This document shows, one piece after another, positions 39,893 to 50,649 of a stretch of 64,000 bases of DNA. Below the pieces are notes generated by a model. It worked only from the letters and a program-made list of their open reading frames with translations, made no database searches and was not told the origin of the DNA. Position 1 is the stretch's first letter, and each line of letters opens with the position of its first letter. The position numbers and the translations under genes were made by a program. The stretch is from an uncultured Methanoregulaceae archaeon (GTDB lineage Archaea; Halobacteriota; Methanomicrobia; Methanomicrobiales; Methanospirillaceae), in NCBI GenBank assembly GCA_963841015.1, contig CAWJAX010000005.1:192001-256000 (forward strand), given 5' to 3'.

Positions 39893-40810
39893 TTACATTT
39901 GCTCCAGTTTATGCAAATAGAGGGTGTGTAACCGTTGCCCTAGGAGTTCTATCCGCTGCCGGTCTTCAAGCCCGTCCAATAAATCCGCAGGAAGTGCATC
40001 GATACCTTTTGCAGCACCAAGGTATGCACCACAGATAAGCCCGATGGTATCGGTATTTCCACCCGTATTGGCTGCTACTGTAAGGAGATCGGATGGTTTG
40101 GAATACCTGCTTATCAGGAAGATCGCAATAGGGAGGGTCTGGAAAACGGACACATCATTCCCAATTTTAAGTAATGCTGTTTCTGTGTCCATTCCTTCTT
40201 TTTCCAGCACAAGCGCATTTCTTATTTTTCCCCCAAGCACCTCATCTTCAACCTGGGCTTTATCCAAAGCTCTTTTAAGGGGATCAGGTGTATCGTGAAG
40301 CGTATGATACAGGAGCGTTACAAAAGTTGAAACTGCCGCATGTACTGCCGGATGAGTATGGGTAACATTGCACGCACGCACTGCTCGTTCACAACCCTCA
40401 TTCATGGCAGGAAACGTCAGCCCGAATGGGATTGCCACCGGAAGGCATCCGGAGGTAGTGGATTTCACTCCTTTCTGGGGTAAATTCTCTTTTACCGGGT
40501 GTTCGCATACCGAAGAGATCGATCCATCAGGAAAGCGGAATTTGCCACGATCATAGAGTTCACGGAGTGCAGTGAAATATCGTTCCTCATTGTATTTTCC
40601 ATCAGCGAGGAGTGTCGCGACAAGAATCATCAGCTGGGTGTCATCGGTATATTGTCCGGGATTTAATCCCTCGTTTGGATGGTTTTTGTACGGGCGACGG
40701 TACCCGTATTTCATTTTTTTGAGATTTGGGGATGTGCTTTCGTTGGGCATGCCGAGTGCATCACCGATTGCAGCACCAAGCAGGCATCCTTTGAATTTTT
40801 TAAGCATCAA
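39893..40810 (-). CDS. ADP-ribosylglycohydrolase family protein
   Basis: GCLLGAAIGDALG, GQYTDDTQ, THTH, GGNTDT. Confidence 0.9.
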   Translation of the reverse strand: MMLKKFKGCLLGAAIGDALGMPNESTSPNLKKMKYGYRRPYKNHPNEGLNPGQYTDDTQLMILVATLLADGKYNEERYFTALRELYDRGKFRFPDGSISSVCEHPVKENLPQKGVKSTTSGCLPVAIPFGLTFPAMNEGCERAVRACNVTHTHPAVHAAVSTFVTLLYHTLHDTPDPLKRALDKAQVEDEVLGGKIRNALVLEKEGMDTETALLKIGNDVSVFQTLPIAIFLISRYSKPSDLLTVAANTGGNTDTIGLICGAYLGAAKGIDALPADLLDGLEDRQRIELLGQRLHTLYLHKLEQM

Positions 40811-40954
40811 CCCTATATTAAAAAACCCTGATAGATAATTCTTCTTATACCAAAGCTAATTTGTGGATTTGTTCTTTTTCTTATGGATATTGGTTCTCAA
40901 TCAGAATTTTTAAATACGTTATTAACATGATTAATAATGTTAAATAGGTGGGAA

Positions 40955-42850
40955 ATGACCGAGGATTTTAATGTCAGACTCGTCGAGGATGTGAAAACAT
41001 ACACGCCCGACCCACAGTACAAAAAAAATGCATGGATGGGAGACTACGAGAAAGCCTACAAGGATTTTCTGGCTGACCCTGACGGGTTCTGGAGCAAAAT
41101 GGCCTCCGAGCTGGAATGGATCCGGCACTGGAAAGCGGTGAAGGAGTGGAACTATCCGTATGCGAAATGGTTCATCAACGCACAGCTTAACATTACCGCA
41201 AACTGTCTTGACCGCCATGTGAAAAACCAGCGTCGGAACAAGGCAGCACTCATCTGGAGGGGCGAGAAGGGTGCGGAACGAATCTTCACGTACCAGCAGC
41301 TGCTCAGCAAAGTAATGCGATTTGCCAACGCTTTGAAAAAGATTGGCGTAAAGAAAGGTGATCGCGTCTGCATCTACATGCCACTCGTACCCGAACAGGT
41401 AATTTCAATGCTTGCCTGCGCCCGCATCGGTGCAATTCACAGCGTTGTGTTCGGTGGTTTTGGTCCGGCAGCACTTAACATGCGTATCCAGGATGCTTCT
41501 GCCAAGGTCGTCATCACCGCAGATATTGGCATGCGGCGTGGTAAAACCATCCAGCTGAAATCGATTGTTGAGGAGGCACTTATCAACGCTCCATCGGTCG
41601 AACATGTTATTGTGCTCAGGCGACAGGATCCCCCGGTTGATTTGAGACCAGGCCTCGAACTTGATTTCAACGAAATAATGGAGAGTGCATCGCAGGAATG
41701 CCCGCCTGAAGTCATGGATGCAGAAGACCCGCTTTTCACCTTATATACCAGCGGTTCCACCGGCAAACCCAAAGGGATTGTTCATACCTGTGCCGGATAC
41801 ATGGTCGGAACCTATTATACCAGCAAATACATCTTCGACATGAAGGATCACGATATTTTCTGGTGTACCGCAGATCCTGGCTGGATTACCGGCCACAGCT
41901 ATATCGTTTACGGTCCGCTTGCCGTAGGGGCAACAGTGTTTATTTCTGAGATGACTCCGGATTATCCTGATGCGGGAAGCTATTGGAACCTGATAGAAGA
42001 GCAGAAGATTACCATCTTCTATACAGCACCAACCGCAATCCGGATGTTCATGAAGATGGGGGAGGTGTGGCCCAACAAGTATAACTTAAGCTCGCTCCGC
42101 ATCATCGGATCCGTGGGGGAGCCGCTGAACCCTGAGGCATTTGAGTGGTATTATCATGTCATCGGAAAGGACAAGATCCCAGTCCTCGACACCTGGTGGC
42201 AGACCGAGACCGGGATGCATATGATCACCACGATGATCGGGGAACCCATGCGCCCGGGTTTTGCCGGAAAACCTATCCCCGGAGTTGAAACCGATGTGGT
42301 TGACAAGGACGGGAATTCTGTAAAACCGGGTACAGGAGGACTTCTGGTCATCAAATCCCCGTGGCCATCCATGCTCAGGACAGTGTGGAAGGATGATGAG
42401 CGGTACCGCAAATACTGGGAGACGGTTAAAGGGGTTTACACCGTCGGCGATCTTGCAGTGAAAGGCAAGGATGGGTACATTATGATCCTTGGCCGTTCTG
42501 ATGACATCATCGTGGTTGCAGGACACAATATCGGCACTGCTGAGGTGGAGAGCTCGCTTGTCTCCCATCATGCAGTTGCAGAATCGGCAGTTATCGGGAA
42601 GCCCGATGCGATGAAGGGCAACTCTATCAAGGCATTCGTTATCCTCCGGGTAGGTAATTCCCCGAGCGATAAACTCATGAATGATCTGATGTATCACGTG
42701 CGTATGACCCTGGGTCCTATCGCAGTACCTCAGGAGATAGAGTTTGTCGATAAACTCCCCAAGACCCGGAGCGGGAAGATCATGCGCCGCGTCCTGAAAG
42801 CCAAGGAGATGGGTATGGATCCCGGCGATATCTCCACGCTCGAGGAATAA
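40955..42850 (+). CDS. acs: Acetate--CoA ligase (AMP-forming)
   Basis: YTSGSTGKPKG, ADPGWITGH, DTWWQTETG, PKTRSGKIMRR. Confidence 0.97.
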   Translation: MTEDFNVRLVEDVKTYTPDPQYKKNAWMGDYEKAYKDFLADPDGFWSKMASELEWIRHWKAVKEWNYPYAKWFINAQLNITANCLDRHVKNQRRNKAALIWRGEKGAERIFTYQQLLSKVMRFANALKKIGVKKGDRVCIYMPLVPEQVISMLACARIGAIHSVVFGGFGPAALNMRIQDASAKVVITADIGMRRGKTIQLKSIVEEALINAPSVEHVIVLRRQDPPVDLRPGLELDFNEIMESASQECPPEVMDAEDPLFTLYTSGSTGKPKGIVHTCAGYMVGTYYTSKYIFDMKDHDIFWCTADPGWITGHSYIVYGPLAVGATVFISEMTPDYPDAGSYWNLIEEQKITIFYTAPTAIRMFMKMGEVWPNKYNLSSLRIIGSVGEPLNPEAFEWYYHVIGKDKIPVLDTWWQTETGMHMITTMIGEPMRPGFAGKPIPGVETDVVDKDGNSVKPGTGGLLVIKSPWPSMLRTVWKDDERYRKYWETVKGVYTVGDLAVKGKDGYIMILGRSDDIIVVAGHNIGTAEVESSLVSHHAVAESAVIGKPDAMKGNSIKAFVILRVGNSPSDKLMNDLMYHVRMTLGPIAVPQEIEFVDKLPKTRSGKIMRRVLKAKEMGMDPGDISTLEE

Positions 42851-42875
42851 TCAAATTTTTACCAGCTGAGGAAAA

Positions 42876-44141
42876 ATGAGCGAGGCAGTACAGGAAAAAT
42901 TATTCGGCATGGAACTGGAAAAAGGGCGCTGGATCCTTGTCATCCTTGGCATGATCATCAACCTGTGCTTAGGCGCTGTTTATTCATGGAGCGTGTTTGT
43001 CGGTCCGCTGACGAACTACTTCACCAAAGATCTGGGCCAGGTTGTCTCCGCCAGTGAAATCCTGTTGCCGTTTTCCGTCTTTCTGGCATTCTTTGCAATA
43101 GCAATGCCGTTTACCGGTAAATATATCGAAAAATATGGCCCAAGGAACATAACCATCGTGGGGGGGTGTCTTACCGGGCTTGGCTGGCTCCTCTCGTCGT
43201 TTGCAGGCTCTGTCCAGTGGCTCTACATCTTCTACGGGGTGATTGCCGGTATTGGCGTTGGCATAGCTTATGGAGTCCCGGTTGCCGTTGCAGCCCGCTG
43301 GTTCCCTGATCGCCGTGGACTGGCAGTTGGACTGACCCTGCTCGGGTTCGGATTCTCTGCACTGCTTACTGCCAATATTGCAGGATTCCTCATCGGTGCT
43401 ACAGGGGTCATGAACACATTCCGGGTGTTTGGTATTGCATTTGTTATCCTGATCGTCGTTCTCGCACTGCCCCTGAAATTCCCTTCAGCCGGGTGGAAAC
43501 CTGCCGGATGGATACCTCCTGCCCCAGCGGCCGGTCAGGCAGTCATCTGCGAATTCAAACGCGAGCAGATGCTTAAAACCACCACATTTTACGCTCTCTG
43601 GACCTGCTACTTTATTGGCTGTCTGGCCGGGCTCATGGCAATTGGCATTGCAAAGCCTGTCGGGGTCGATATCGGTGTTGAGGCTGGACTTGCTACCATG
43701 CTCGTTGGTGTCTTTGCTGTCTTCAACGGTTTTGGGCGCCCGGTCTTTGGCACCCTTACTGATAAGCTGACACCTCGCAACACAGCGATGTTATCATTTA
43801 TACTCATCGCATTCGCATCCCTTATAATCTGGCAGATTCCGTCCGTTGCGGTATATATCATTGCTTTCGCTATCCTCTGGGGCTGTCTTGGTGGATGGCT
43901 TGCTATAGCACCAACTGCTTGTGGTAGTTTCTTTGGTACCTGTGATTATCCTCGTTGCTACGGAGTCCTGTTCCTTGCATATGGTGCAGGTGGCATTGTA
44001 GGCCCGCAGTTGGCCGGTTTCATTAAAACATCAACTGGATCATACATGGGTGTGTTCCCCTATGTTCTCGTACTTGCGATAATCGGGCTGGGGATCGCAT
44101 TCGCTCTCTTAAAACCGCCAAAAGCACCCCAGAAAAACTAA
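42876..44141 (+). CDS. MFS transporter, OFA/monocarboxylate family
   Basis: CLGAVYSWSVF, WFPDRRGLAVG, NGFGR..FG.LTDK; about 12 TM helices. Confidence 0.9.
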   Translation: MSEAVQEKLFGMELEKGRWILVILGMIINLCLGAVYSWSVFVGPLTNYFTKDLGQVVSASEILLPFSVFLAFFAIAMPFTGKYIEKYGPRNITIVGGCLTGLGWLLSSFAGSVQWLYIFYGVIAGIGVGIAYGVPVAVAARWFPDRRGLAVGLTLLGFGFSALLTANIAGFLIGATGVMNTFRVFGIAFVILIVVLALPLKFPSAGWKPAGWIPPAPAAGQAVICEFKREQMLKTTTFYALWTCYFIGCLAGLMAIGIAKPVGVDIGVEAGLATMLVGVFAVFNGFGRPVFGTLTDKLTPRNTAMLSFILIAFASLIIWQIPSVAVYIIAFAILWGCLGGWLAIAPTACGSFFGTCDYPRCYGVLFLAYGAGGIVGPQLAGFIKTSTGSYMGVFPYVLVLAIIGLGIAFALLKPPKAPQKN

Positions 44142-44146
44142 TATTT

Positions 44147-45256
44147 TTATCCACGCTCTGCGTGATATATGCGTTTTCGCTGGGCCATCCGGTAGCCGGA
44201 AACCACAAGAACCGTATCGCCGAACTCAGCATCAAGCACCGGATCTCCCGTATCAACATATATTTGAGGTGTTTCACGGAGTTTGTGCGGTGTGGCAACC
44301 ACAATAATATTTCCGATTCCCACCCGTCGTACAATGCGGGCACTTATCTGCTGGTTGCCCCGGCCAAGAATGAATCCCTGTGCTCCGATTGGACTGATAA
44401 GAATTTTTGCTTCCTGTCCCTGTTCAAGTAAAGCCCAGAGGGTTTTTTCATCGATATCGAGGGCAATAGTATTCCCGTTTTTTACCGCATCTACACCAAG
44501 TAGGGTTTTATTCACCCCGAGTTCGCGGGCGATGGCTTCAGTTGTTGTCCCTGCGCCGATGATATAGAGAACATCCGGAATCATTATCTCGTGAAAAAAC
44601 CGGGCGATTTCCCCTTTTGCCCGTTCCTCATCGCTTTCTTCAAATATTTGCTTAGGGAGCTGCACCTTTCCTTCAAGAGCAGGGGTGCGGGCAATACCAT
44701 GTAATCTTGTTTTCAGCTCTCCTGCACGGTACGCATCCTCATCCACATCCATCACTTCAGAATCCCTCAGCGATTCTTTCCGATATCCGGCCACGATCTC
44801 CGCTGCTGTAACCGGATCGATGGCAAATACCGCCGAGAACATCTTGACACCCGCGGGAATCCCCAGAATCGGCAGATTCCTGCCCACCGCATCAAAGATG
44901 TGCCTCGCGGTCCCGTCACCACCACAAAACAGGATCAGATCAACACCGTCTTTCAGGAACGTCTGTGCTGCCCGCCGGGTATCCAGAGCGCTGCTTTCAC
45001 CGGTGAAATGATAAAGCACCTGATACTTTTGTATTCCTGCTTCCCCGAGAGCATCCTCACCCATTGCACCCGAACAGGTAACAAAATCCAGATTTTTATC
45101 GTGTGACAGGAGTGCAAGCGTAATATGAGCCCGGTTTTTTGCGAGCGGTAATGCCCCGCGACGGCGGGCTTCCTCCACATTGCCGTCGGTTCCCTTGAGC
45201 CCTACTGCACCCCCCATACCAGCAATAGGGTTGACGAGAAACCCGATGCGTTTCAT
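44147..45256 (-). CDS. ATP-NAD kinase family protein
   Basis: GFLVNPIAGMGG, GGDGTAR, GIPAGVK, GRGNQQ. Confidence 0.88.
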   Translation of the reverse strand: MKRIGFLVNPIAGMGGAVGLKGTDGNVEEARRRGALPLAKNRAHITLALLSHDKNLDFVTCSGAMGEDALGEAGIQKYQVLYHFTGESSALDTRRAAQTFLKDGVDLILFCGGDGTARHIFDAVGRNLPILGIPAGVKMFSAVFAIDPVTAAEIVAGYRKESLRDSEVMDVDEDAYRAGELKTRLHGIARTPALEGKVQLPKQIFEESDEERAKGEIARFFHEIMIPDVLYIIGAGTTTEAIARELGVNKTLLGVDAVKNGNTIALDIDEKTLWALLEQGQEAKILISPIGAQGFILGRGNQQISARIVRRVGIGNIIVVATPHKLRETPQIYVDTGDPVLDAEFGDTVLVVSGYRMAQRKRIYHAERG

Positions 45257-45269
45257 AAAAAAAGAATTT

Positions 45270-46628
45270 TTAGGAAATTTTGGGTATCCGGGCAAGTGAC
45301 TCCTTGATCAGCTCATCCGGGTACTCGTAGTCCACCAGTTTGCCTTCATAATAGGCGTCATATGCTGTCATATCAAAATTGCCATGGCCGGAACAGTTGA
45401 ACAGGATTGTCTTGTCTTCTCCCGTCTTTTTGCATTTGAGAGCCTCATCAATCGCAGATTTTACAGCATGGGAAGTCTCAGGGGCGACAATGATCCCTTC
45501 CGTGCGGGCAAAGGTCTGGGCTGCATCAAAGACTTCGCTCTGGTGGTAGGCCACAGCCCGCATCACACCGTCATTCACAAGCCGGGAGACAATCGGGGAA
45601 TCGCCATGATAGCGGAGACCCCCCGCATGCATTGAAGGCGGAACAAAGTCATGGCCCAGCGTGAACATCTTGAGAAGCGGTGTATAACCAGCTTCATCAG
45701 CAAGATCGTACGTGAATAACCCTTTTGTCAGGGTGGGGCAGGATGCCGGTTCGGCCCCGATGATGTCCACATCCTTATGCTTACCAGTCAGCTTATCCCC
45801 GGCAAACGGGAACGAGATACCGGCGAAGTTGGACCCTCCTCCTACGCACCCGATCACCACATCAGGATAATCATCAACCAGTGCGAGCTGTTCACGACAT
45901 TCGAGTCCAATCACTGTCTGGTGGAGACAGACATGGTTCAATACCGAACCCAGGGCGTAGTTGGTGTTACTGTGGGATGCAGCATCTTCGACAGCTTCAG
46001 ATATGGCCATACCCAGACTTCCCGGGGTATCAGGGTCTTTTTCGAGCATGGCCCGGCCTGCATTCGTCTTGGTGCTCGGACTGGGAAGACATTCGGCACC
46101 CCAGACGTGCATCATCGACTTCCGGTAGGGTTTCTGAGTATAGCTCGATCGGACCATGTAGATGGTGCATTCAAGATCATACAGCATCGTGGCAAAGGAC
46201 ATGGCCGATCCCCACTGACCTGCGCCGGTCTCGGTTGCAATCCTCTCGATCCCTGCCTTCATATTGTAATATGCCTGAGGGATCGACGTGTTCGTCTTGT
46301 GACTCCCGGCCGGGCTGACTCCCTCCCACTTGTAGTAAATCTTTGCCGGTGTTTTTAAGAATTTTTCAAGACGGTGGGCACGGTACAGGGGGCTTGGCCT
46401 CCAGAGGCGCATTACCTCCTGGACCTCTTCGGGGATAGCAATATTTCGATCCGTAGTGACTTCCTGCCGAATCAACTCCATCGGGAAGATGGCTGAAAGA
46501 TCCTCAGGCCCAATCGGTTTCTGGGTCTTGGGATGGAGTGGCGGGTCGAGCGGTGACTTCAGATCCGCCTGGACATTGTACCACTTTTTTGGTATCTGCT
46601 CCTCATCGAGGAGGATTTTTGTCTGCAT
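45270..46628 (-). CDS. trpB2: Tryptophan synthase beta-chain paralog TrpB2
   Basis: [36 protein letters not shown]. Confidence 0.95.
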   Translation of the reverse strand: MQTKILLDEEQIPKKWYNVQADLKSPLDPPLHPKTQKPIGPEDLSAIFPMELIRQEVTTDRNIAIPEEVQEVMRLWRPSPLYRAHRLEKFLKTPAKIYYKWEGVSPAGSHKTNTSIPQAYYNMKAGIERIATETGAGQWGSAMSFATMLYDLECTIYMVRSSYTQKPYRKSMMHVWGAECLPSPSTKTNAGRAMLEKDPDTPGSLGMAISEAVEDAASHSNTNYALGSVLNHVCLHQTVIGLECREQLALVDDYPDVVIGCVGGGSNFAGISFPFAGDKLTGKHKDVDIIGAEPASCPTLTKGLFTYDLADEAGYTPLLKMFTLGHDFVPPSMHAGGLRYHGDSPIVSRLVNDGVMRAVAYHQSEVFDAAQTFARTEGIIVAPETSHAVKSAIDEALKCKKTGEDKTILFNCSGHGNFDMTAYDAYYEGKLVDYEYPDELIKESLARIPKIS

Positions 46629-46632
46629 ACAA

Positions 46633-46679
46633 AGTACTTGGTTTGTATAAATATATACATTGTGCTACAAATTTGTACA
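46633..46679. promoter_or_regulatory. Array of TRP-box-like hexamers (putative TrpY operator) over the trpB2 promoter
   Basis: AGTACT 46633, TGTATA 46644, TATACA 46654, GCTACA 46664, TGTACA 46674: about 10-bp phasing, overlapping the minus-strand TTTATA. Confidence 0.6.
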
Positions 46680-46873
46680 CTATAGACCAAGAGATGAAAC
46701 GGTTTACTCCCACACCCTCGAGGTATTAAAGCGCAATTTCTTATAATTGAGCGCAAGAACAACACTTTCGATTCCGCCTTCCATACCATTAATATAGTCT
46801 GGAGAAAATCTGTAATGAAGTTGTTATTCCTGCAACAACAGAAAGATCCATCATAGGATCAGGTGATTATGGG

Positions 46874-47542
46874 ATGAAACATTCACTTATTGACATTCTC
46901 ATCAGACCCGGGGAATTCTTCCAGGCTGCAATCGCAGAAAAGGAAAGTCTCAAAATTCCCGGAATTATTGTTCTTACCTTGGGGGTTGTCTCAGCTGTAT
47001 ATGCGTATTTAATCGGGGGATTAACAGGAAAAATGATGGCAGGATTGATGCCCGGAATGGATTCGATAATCGCTATATCTGCTATTCTTGGCGCATTAGT
47101 GGGGATTTTCGTGTTCTGGGGGATATGGGCTGGTGTGTTCTATCTTATATCATCATTATTCAACGGCAAAGGCACATTTAAACGAACACTTGAGTTTATC
47201 GGGTATGGTTATCTCCCTCAGATTTTCGGAGGGGTGCTGACCGTGATTGTTGCGCTTCAGTATATTCCAAAAGTCATTGTTCCTGAAATTAACTCAGCCG
47301 CAGCCCAGGATCCCCAGCTGATCCAGGAAGCGGCCAAAACACTGATGCATGATCCTGCAATGATGGAGATGACCCAGATCATCTCAATTATTTCCATCGT
47401 ATTCCTTCTCTGGAGTGCAAATATCTGGATATCCGGAATGAGAAATGCCCGACAGCTTTCTGAAAGGGATGCCGCACTCTGTGTCGGCATTCCTGTTGTT
47501 ATTTACATTCTCTATATCATCTATACCATGACAGGGATTTAA
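46874..47542 (+). CDS. Yip1-family membrane protein
   Basis: ILIRPGEFF, GKGTFKRTL..GY.YLP; five TM helices. Confidence 0.85.
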   Translation: MKHSLIDILIRPGEFFQAAIAEKESLKIPGIIVLTLGVVSAVYAYLIGGLTGKMMAGLMPGMDSIIAISAILGALVGIFVFWGIWAGVFYLISSLFNGKGTFKRTLEFIGYGYLPQIFGGVLTVIVALQYIPKVIVPEINSAAAQDPQLIQEAAKTLMHDPAMMEMTQIISIISIVFLLWSANIWISGMRNARQLSERDAALCVGIPVVIYILYIIYTMTGI

Positions 47543-48709
47543 ATGAAAAACGCTCGATTTATTATTCTCACAGCTCTCTTCCTGATTTTCAGTACAGGAA
47601 CTGGTGCGGTAACCGCATTCACGACGCCGGAATCCATTGTTACCGCTGGCAATGTCTATGTTTCCAACATTACCTTTGATCCGGGATCTTTTTTTACCAA
47701 TGATGCGGGTATTGTTACGGTATATGTAACCAATGGTAACCCTGACCAGAGCGTCGTGGTAAATCATGTAACCATTGGTGACAAAAATATCAGGCTCACC
47801 AGCACACCCTACGATTCTTCATCCAATATCGGTCCTCTCCAGACGAAATCATTCGTTTTTTCCGTTGTGGGGGATGCCCCTGATGGAACGTATTATCCGA
47901 CATTCTCCCTCAGCTTCCGTGATGCAGACAGTCTTTACTCCCGGGCAACAGTCCAGGTAGATAACACCCCGCTTGAGCTGACGATTGTTGAGAAACCTGA
48001 TGCATTTTCCCAGGGAAAGAAAAAGACCATTTTCATACAAGTGGCAAATCCGCGGAAAAATGATTTAAGGAATGTCATTCTTGAAGTTTCTGGTACCGGG
48101 GTGACAGCAACTCCGGCAAGAACCTTCATCGGCAACCTTGCTTCAGGTGCCAAAATACCGCTGAACTTCACCATAACCCCGGAACAGGAGACATCCCTTA
48201 CGATCACGGCAACATACAATAATGGAAATAATCCCCATAAAGAGAGGATTGATCTCCCGATTACATTTGGGATCGATAAAAAGCAGGCAAATCCGGTTAT
48301 CAGTAATGTCCAGGTAAAATCTGAAAGCGGTGTCTATCACATCACTGGTGATGTAAACAATGCCGGGCTGGAAACGGCAAATACCGTAATGGTAACTTCA
48401 ATTTCACCAGCGATTCCGCAGGATCCGTATAAGACCTATGTTGTCGGAGCACTCAAACCTGATGATTTCGGGAGCTTTGAAGTTACGTTCTCCGCAAATA
48501 GCACTTCAAGTATCCCGATTCAACTTTCGTACAAGGATACCGATGGCAACCTGTACACCTCTGTGCAGGATGTGAACATAACAAAATCCGGAACCAGCCC
48601 ACAAAATAATTGGGGGTCAAATATTCTCTTTCCCCTTATTGCCGTGGTGATTGTAATTGTTGCTTGTATCGGCGGATGGTATTTCTACCTGAGAAGGAAC
48701 AAGAAGTGA
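47543..48709 (+). CDS. COG1361-type S-layer-domain protein, membrane anchored
   Basis: Signal peptide, three Ig-like modules, GALKPDDFGSFEVTF, C-terminal TM plus RRNKK. Confidence 0.78.
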   Translation: MKNARFIILTALFLIFSTGTGAVTAFTTPESIVTAGNVYVSNITFDPGSFFTNDAGIVTVYVTNGNPDQSVVVNHVTIGDKNIRLTSTPYDSSSNIGPLQTKSFVFSVVGDAPDGTYYPTFSLSFRDADSLYSRATVQVDNTPLELTIVEKPDAFSQGKKKTIFIQVANPRKNDLRNVILEVSGTGVTATPARTFIGNLASGAKIPLNFTITPEQETSLTITATYNNGNNPHKERIDLPITFGIDKKQANPVISNVQVKSESGVYHITGDVNNAGLETANTVMVTSISPAIPQDPYKTYVVGALKPDDFGSFEVTFSANSTSSIPIQLSYKDTDGNLYTSVQDVNITKSGTSPQNNWGSNILFPLIAVVIVIVACIGGWYFYLRRNKK

Positions 48710-48717
48710 CCATCACT

Positions 48718-49395
48718 ATGGGCAATCCACCCGTCATGGTGTTCAAAGACGTAGTCAAAGTGTACCCGCTTCCATCGGGAGACGTTACTGCGCTTGACGG
48801 GGTATGCTTCAAGGTTGACCGCGGGGAGTTCATCTCTATCATGGGGCCTTCAGGTTCCGGGAAATCAACTCTCCTGAACCTGATGGGGTGTCTTGACACA
48901 CCTACATCCGGAGACATATATATCAGCGGTACCCGTACCGGGGACATGTCCGATAAAGAACTCACAGAACTGCGGAGGGACCGGATCGGATTTATCTTCC
49001 AGTATTTCAACCTGTTTCCGCTGTTGAACATCATCGAAAACGTGACATTTCCCATGATGCTGAAGTCCAAGAATGCGGTGGATCCGGAAAAAGCACGCGC
49101 TATGCTCCGTGCGGTTCAGCTTGATGATTCGCTCTTCACGCATACCCCCATGGAGGTTTCAGGTGGTCAGCAACAGCGGGTAGCCGTTGCCCGGGCACTC
49201 ATCAATGATCCTGATATCCTGCTTTGTGACGAGCCAACAGGAAATCTTGACTCAAAGACCGGTGCCGGCATTATGGACCTTATGACGGAACTCAATCGCA
49301 AGGGTACGACAATAATCATGGTCACCCATGATGTCAATATTGCCGCTTATTCAAAAAGGACAATCCGAATCGCTGATGGGAGAATTGTGGCATGA
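48718..49395 (+). CDS. ABC transporter ATP-binding protein (LolD/MacB-like)
   Basis: GPSGSGKST, SGGQQQRV, LLCDEPTGNLD, MVTHD. Confidence 0.95.
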   Translation: MGNPPVMVFKDVVKVYPLPSGDVTALDGVCFKVDRGEFISIMGPSGSGKSTLLNLMGCLDTPTSGDIYISGTRTGDMSDKELTELRRDRIGFIFQYFNLFPLLNIIENVTFPMMLKSKNAVDPEKARAMLRAVQLDDSLFTHTPMEVSGGQQQRVAVARALINDPDILLCDEPTGNLDSKTGAGIMDLMTELNRKGTTIIMVTHDVNIAAYSKRTIRIADGRIVA

Positions 49396-50579
49396 TCTTT
49401 TGGGAAATTGCCAAACGAAATATCAGGATCCATCTGCTCCGGTCCACCCTCGCCATGCTGGGAATCGTAATTGGTGTGGTTGCGATAGCATCCATGGGAA
49501 TTCTCGGAAATAGTTTAGTGCTCACCGTCTCTGACAGTCTGAAAACAGTCGGCGACAGCGTTATTGTCACCCCCCATGTCGGCGGAACTATGCGCGGACC
49601 CCCCGGGGGAACGGGGGGTCCGTCATCCCTTAGCATTACCGAACAGAATTTTCAGCAGATAAAACGTGCTTCTGCCCCAAATGTTGCTATTCCTGTACTT
49701 CAGACTTCGGATCGCATGAAACTTGGTGTGGGGAGCGATGAGATCGTTGCACCAATCTACGGCCTTAACCCGGATGATGTCCCCGATCTCCTGAAACTAA
49801 AAGAGGGGGCGTACAGCCGGGGCGATTCGGGTGTTCTCGTGGGATCAACATTCGCGACAGACAACAACGTCAAGGTCGGATCGCGGATTGCAATCGGAAC
49901 TGAGGGAAATAAGGGTACACTGCGGGTGACCGGAATCATTGAGGAACGCGGGATGGCATTTGATGTCAGCACCGATTCCGCAATAGTAGTGACGAAAGAC
50001 TGGTTCGATCAGTCATATAATCGTAACGATTACGATAAGGTGGTTGTGAAGGTAAAGAATCTGGATGACCTTCCTGCCGTTAAAAGCGCTATAGAAAATC
50101 AGATGAACAAGCGGGATAAAATCGTTGACGTTGTGGATACCCGTAAAACAATGGAAACCATATTTTCAGCATTCGGCCAGATTACCACATTTGTGTCAGC
50201 GATCGGAGGGATTTCAATGCTGGTTGCTGGAGTTTCAATTCTCAACATCATGATGATGTCAGTAACCGAGCGGATCAAGGAGATTGGCATTATGCGCAGC
50301 ATCGGAGCGCAACGAAAAGAAGTAATGTCAATGTTCCTTTATGAGGCGTTGATCCTCGGTGTTGTCGGAAGCCTGATTGGAGGCATTATGAGTCTTCTGG
50401 GGGGATATGCAATCAGCAGTGTTATGTTACAATCCACAAAGTATCTGTTCGTTCCTTCAACCATGGTCCATATTTTTTATGGTATGACATTCGGTATTGT
50501 TATCAGCCTGATCTGTGGAATATACCCCGCATGGCGTGCAGCCAATCTCAATCCTATCGATGCACTCCGGCACGAATAA
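49392..50579 (+). CDS. ABC transporter permease (MacB/FtsX-like)
   Basis: RSTLAMLGIVIGV, VTERIKEIGIMRSIGA, PAWRAANLNPIDALR. Confidence 0.93.
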   Translation: MIFWEIAKRNIRIHLLRSTLAMLGIVIGVVAIASMGILGNSLVLTVSDSLKTVGDSVIVTPHVGGTMRGPPGGTGGPSSLSITEQNFQQIKRASAPNVAIPVLQTSDRMKLGVGSDEIVAPIYGLNPDDVPDLLKLKEGAYSRGDSGVLVGSTFATDNNVKVGSRIAIGTEGNKGTLRVTGIIEERGMAFDVSTDSAIVVTKDWFDQSYNRNDYDKVVVKVKNLDDLPAVKSAIENQMNKRDKIVDVVDTRKTMETIFSAFGQITTFVSAIGGISMLVAGVSILNIMMMSVTERIKEIGIMRSIGAQRKEVMSMFLYEALILGVVGSLIGGIMSLLGGYAISSVMLQSTKYLFVPSTMVHIFYGMTFGIVISLICGIYPAWRAANLNPIDALRHE

Positions 50580-50649
50580 TATCCATTTTTTAATGAACTG
50601 ATCCTGCACGGACAGATACCTTTAACCGGCCGTGTGCATACTCAATGCT

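Noticed and set aside
39893-40810. ADP-ribosylglycohydrolase as part of a toxin-antitoxin or defence system
   Set aside because: No ADP-ribosyltransferase or other defence gene adjacent; sits among housekeeping genes.
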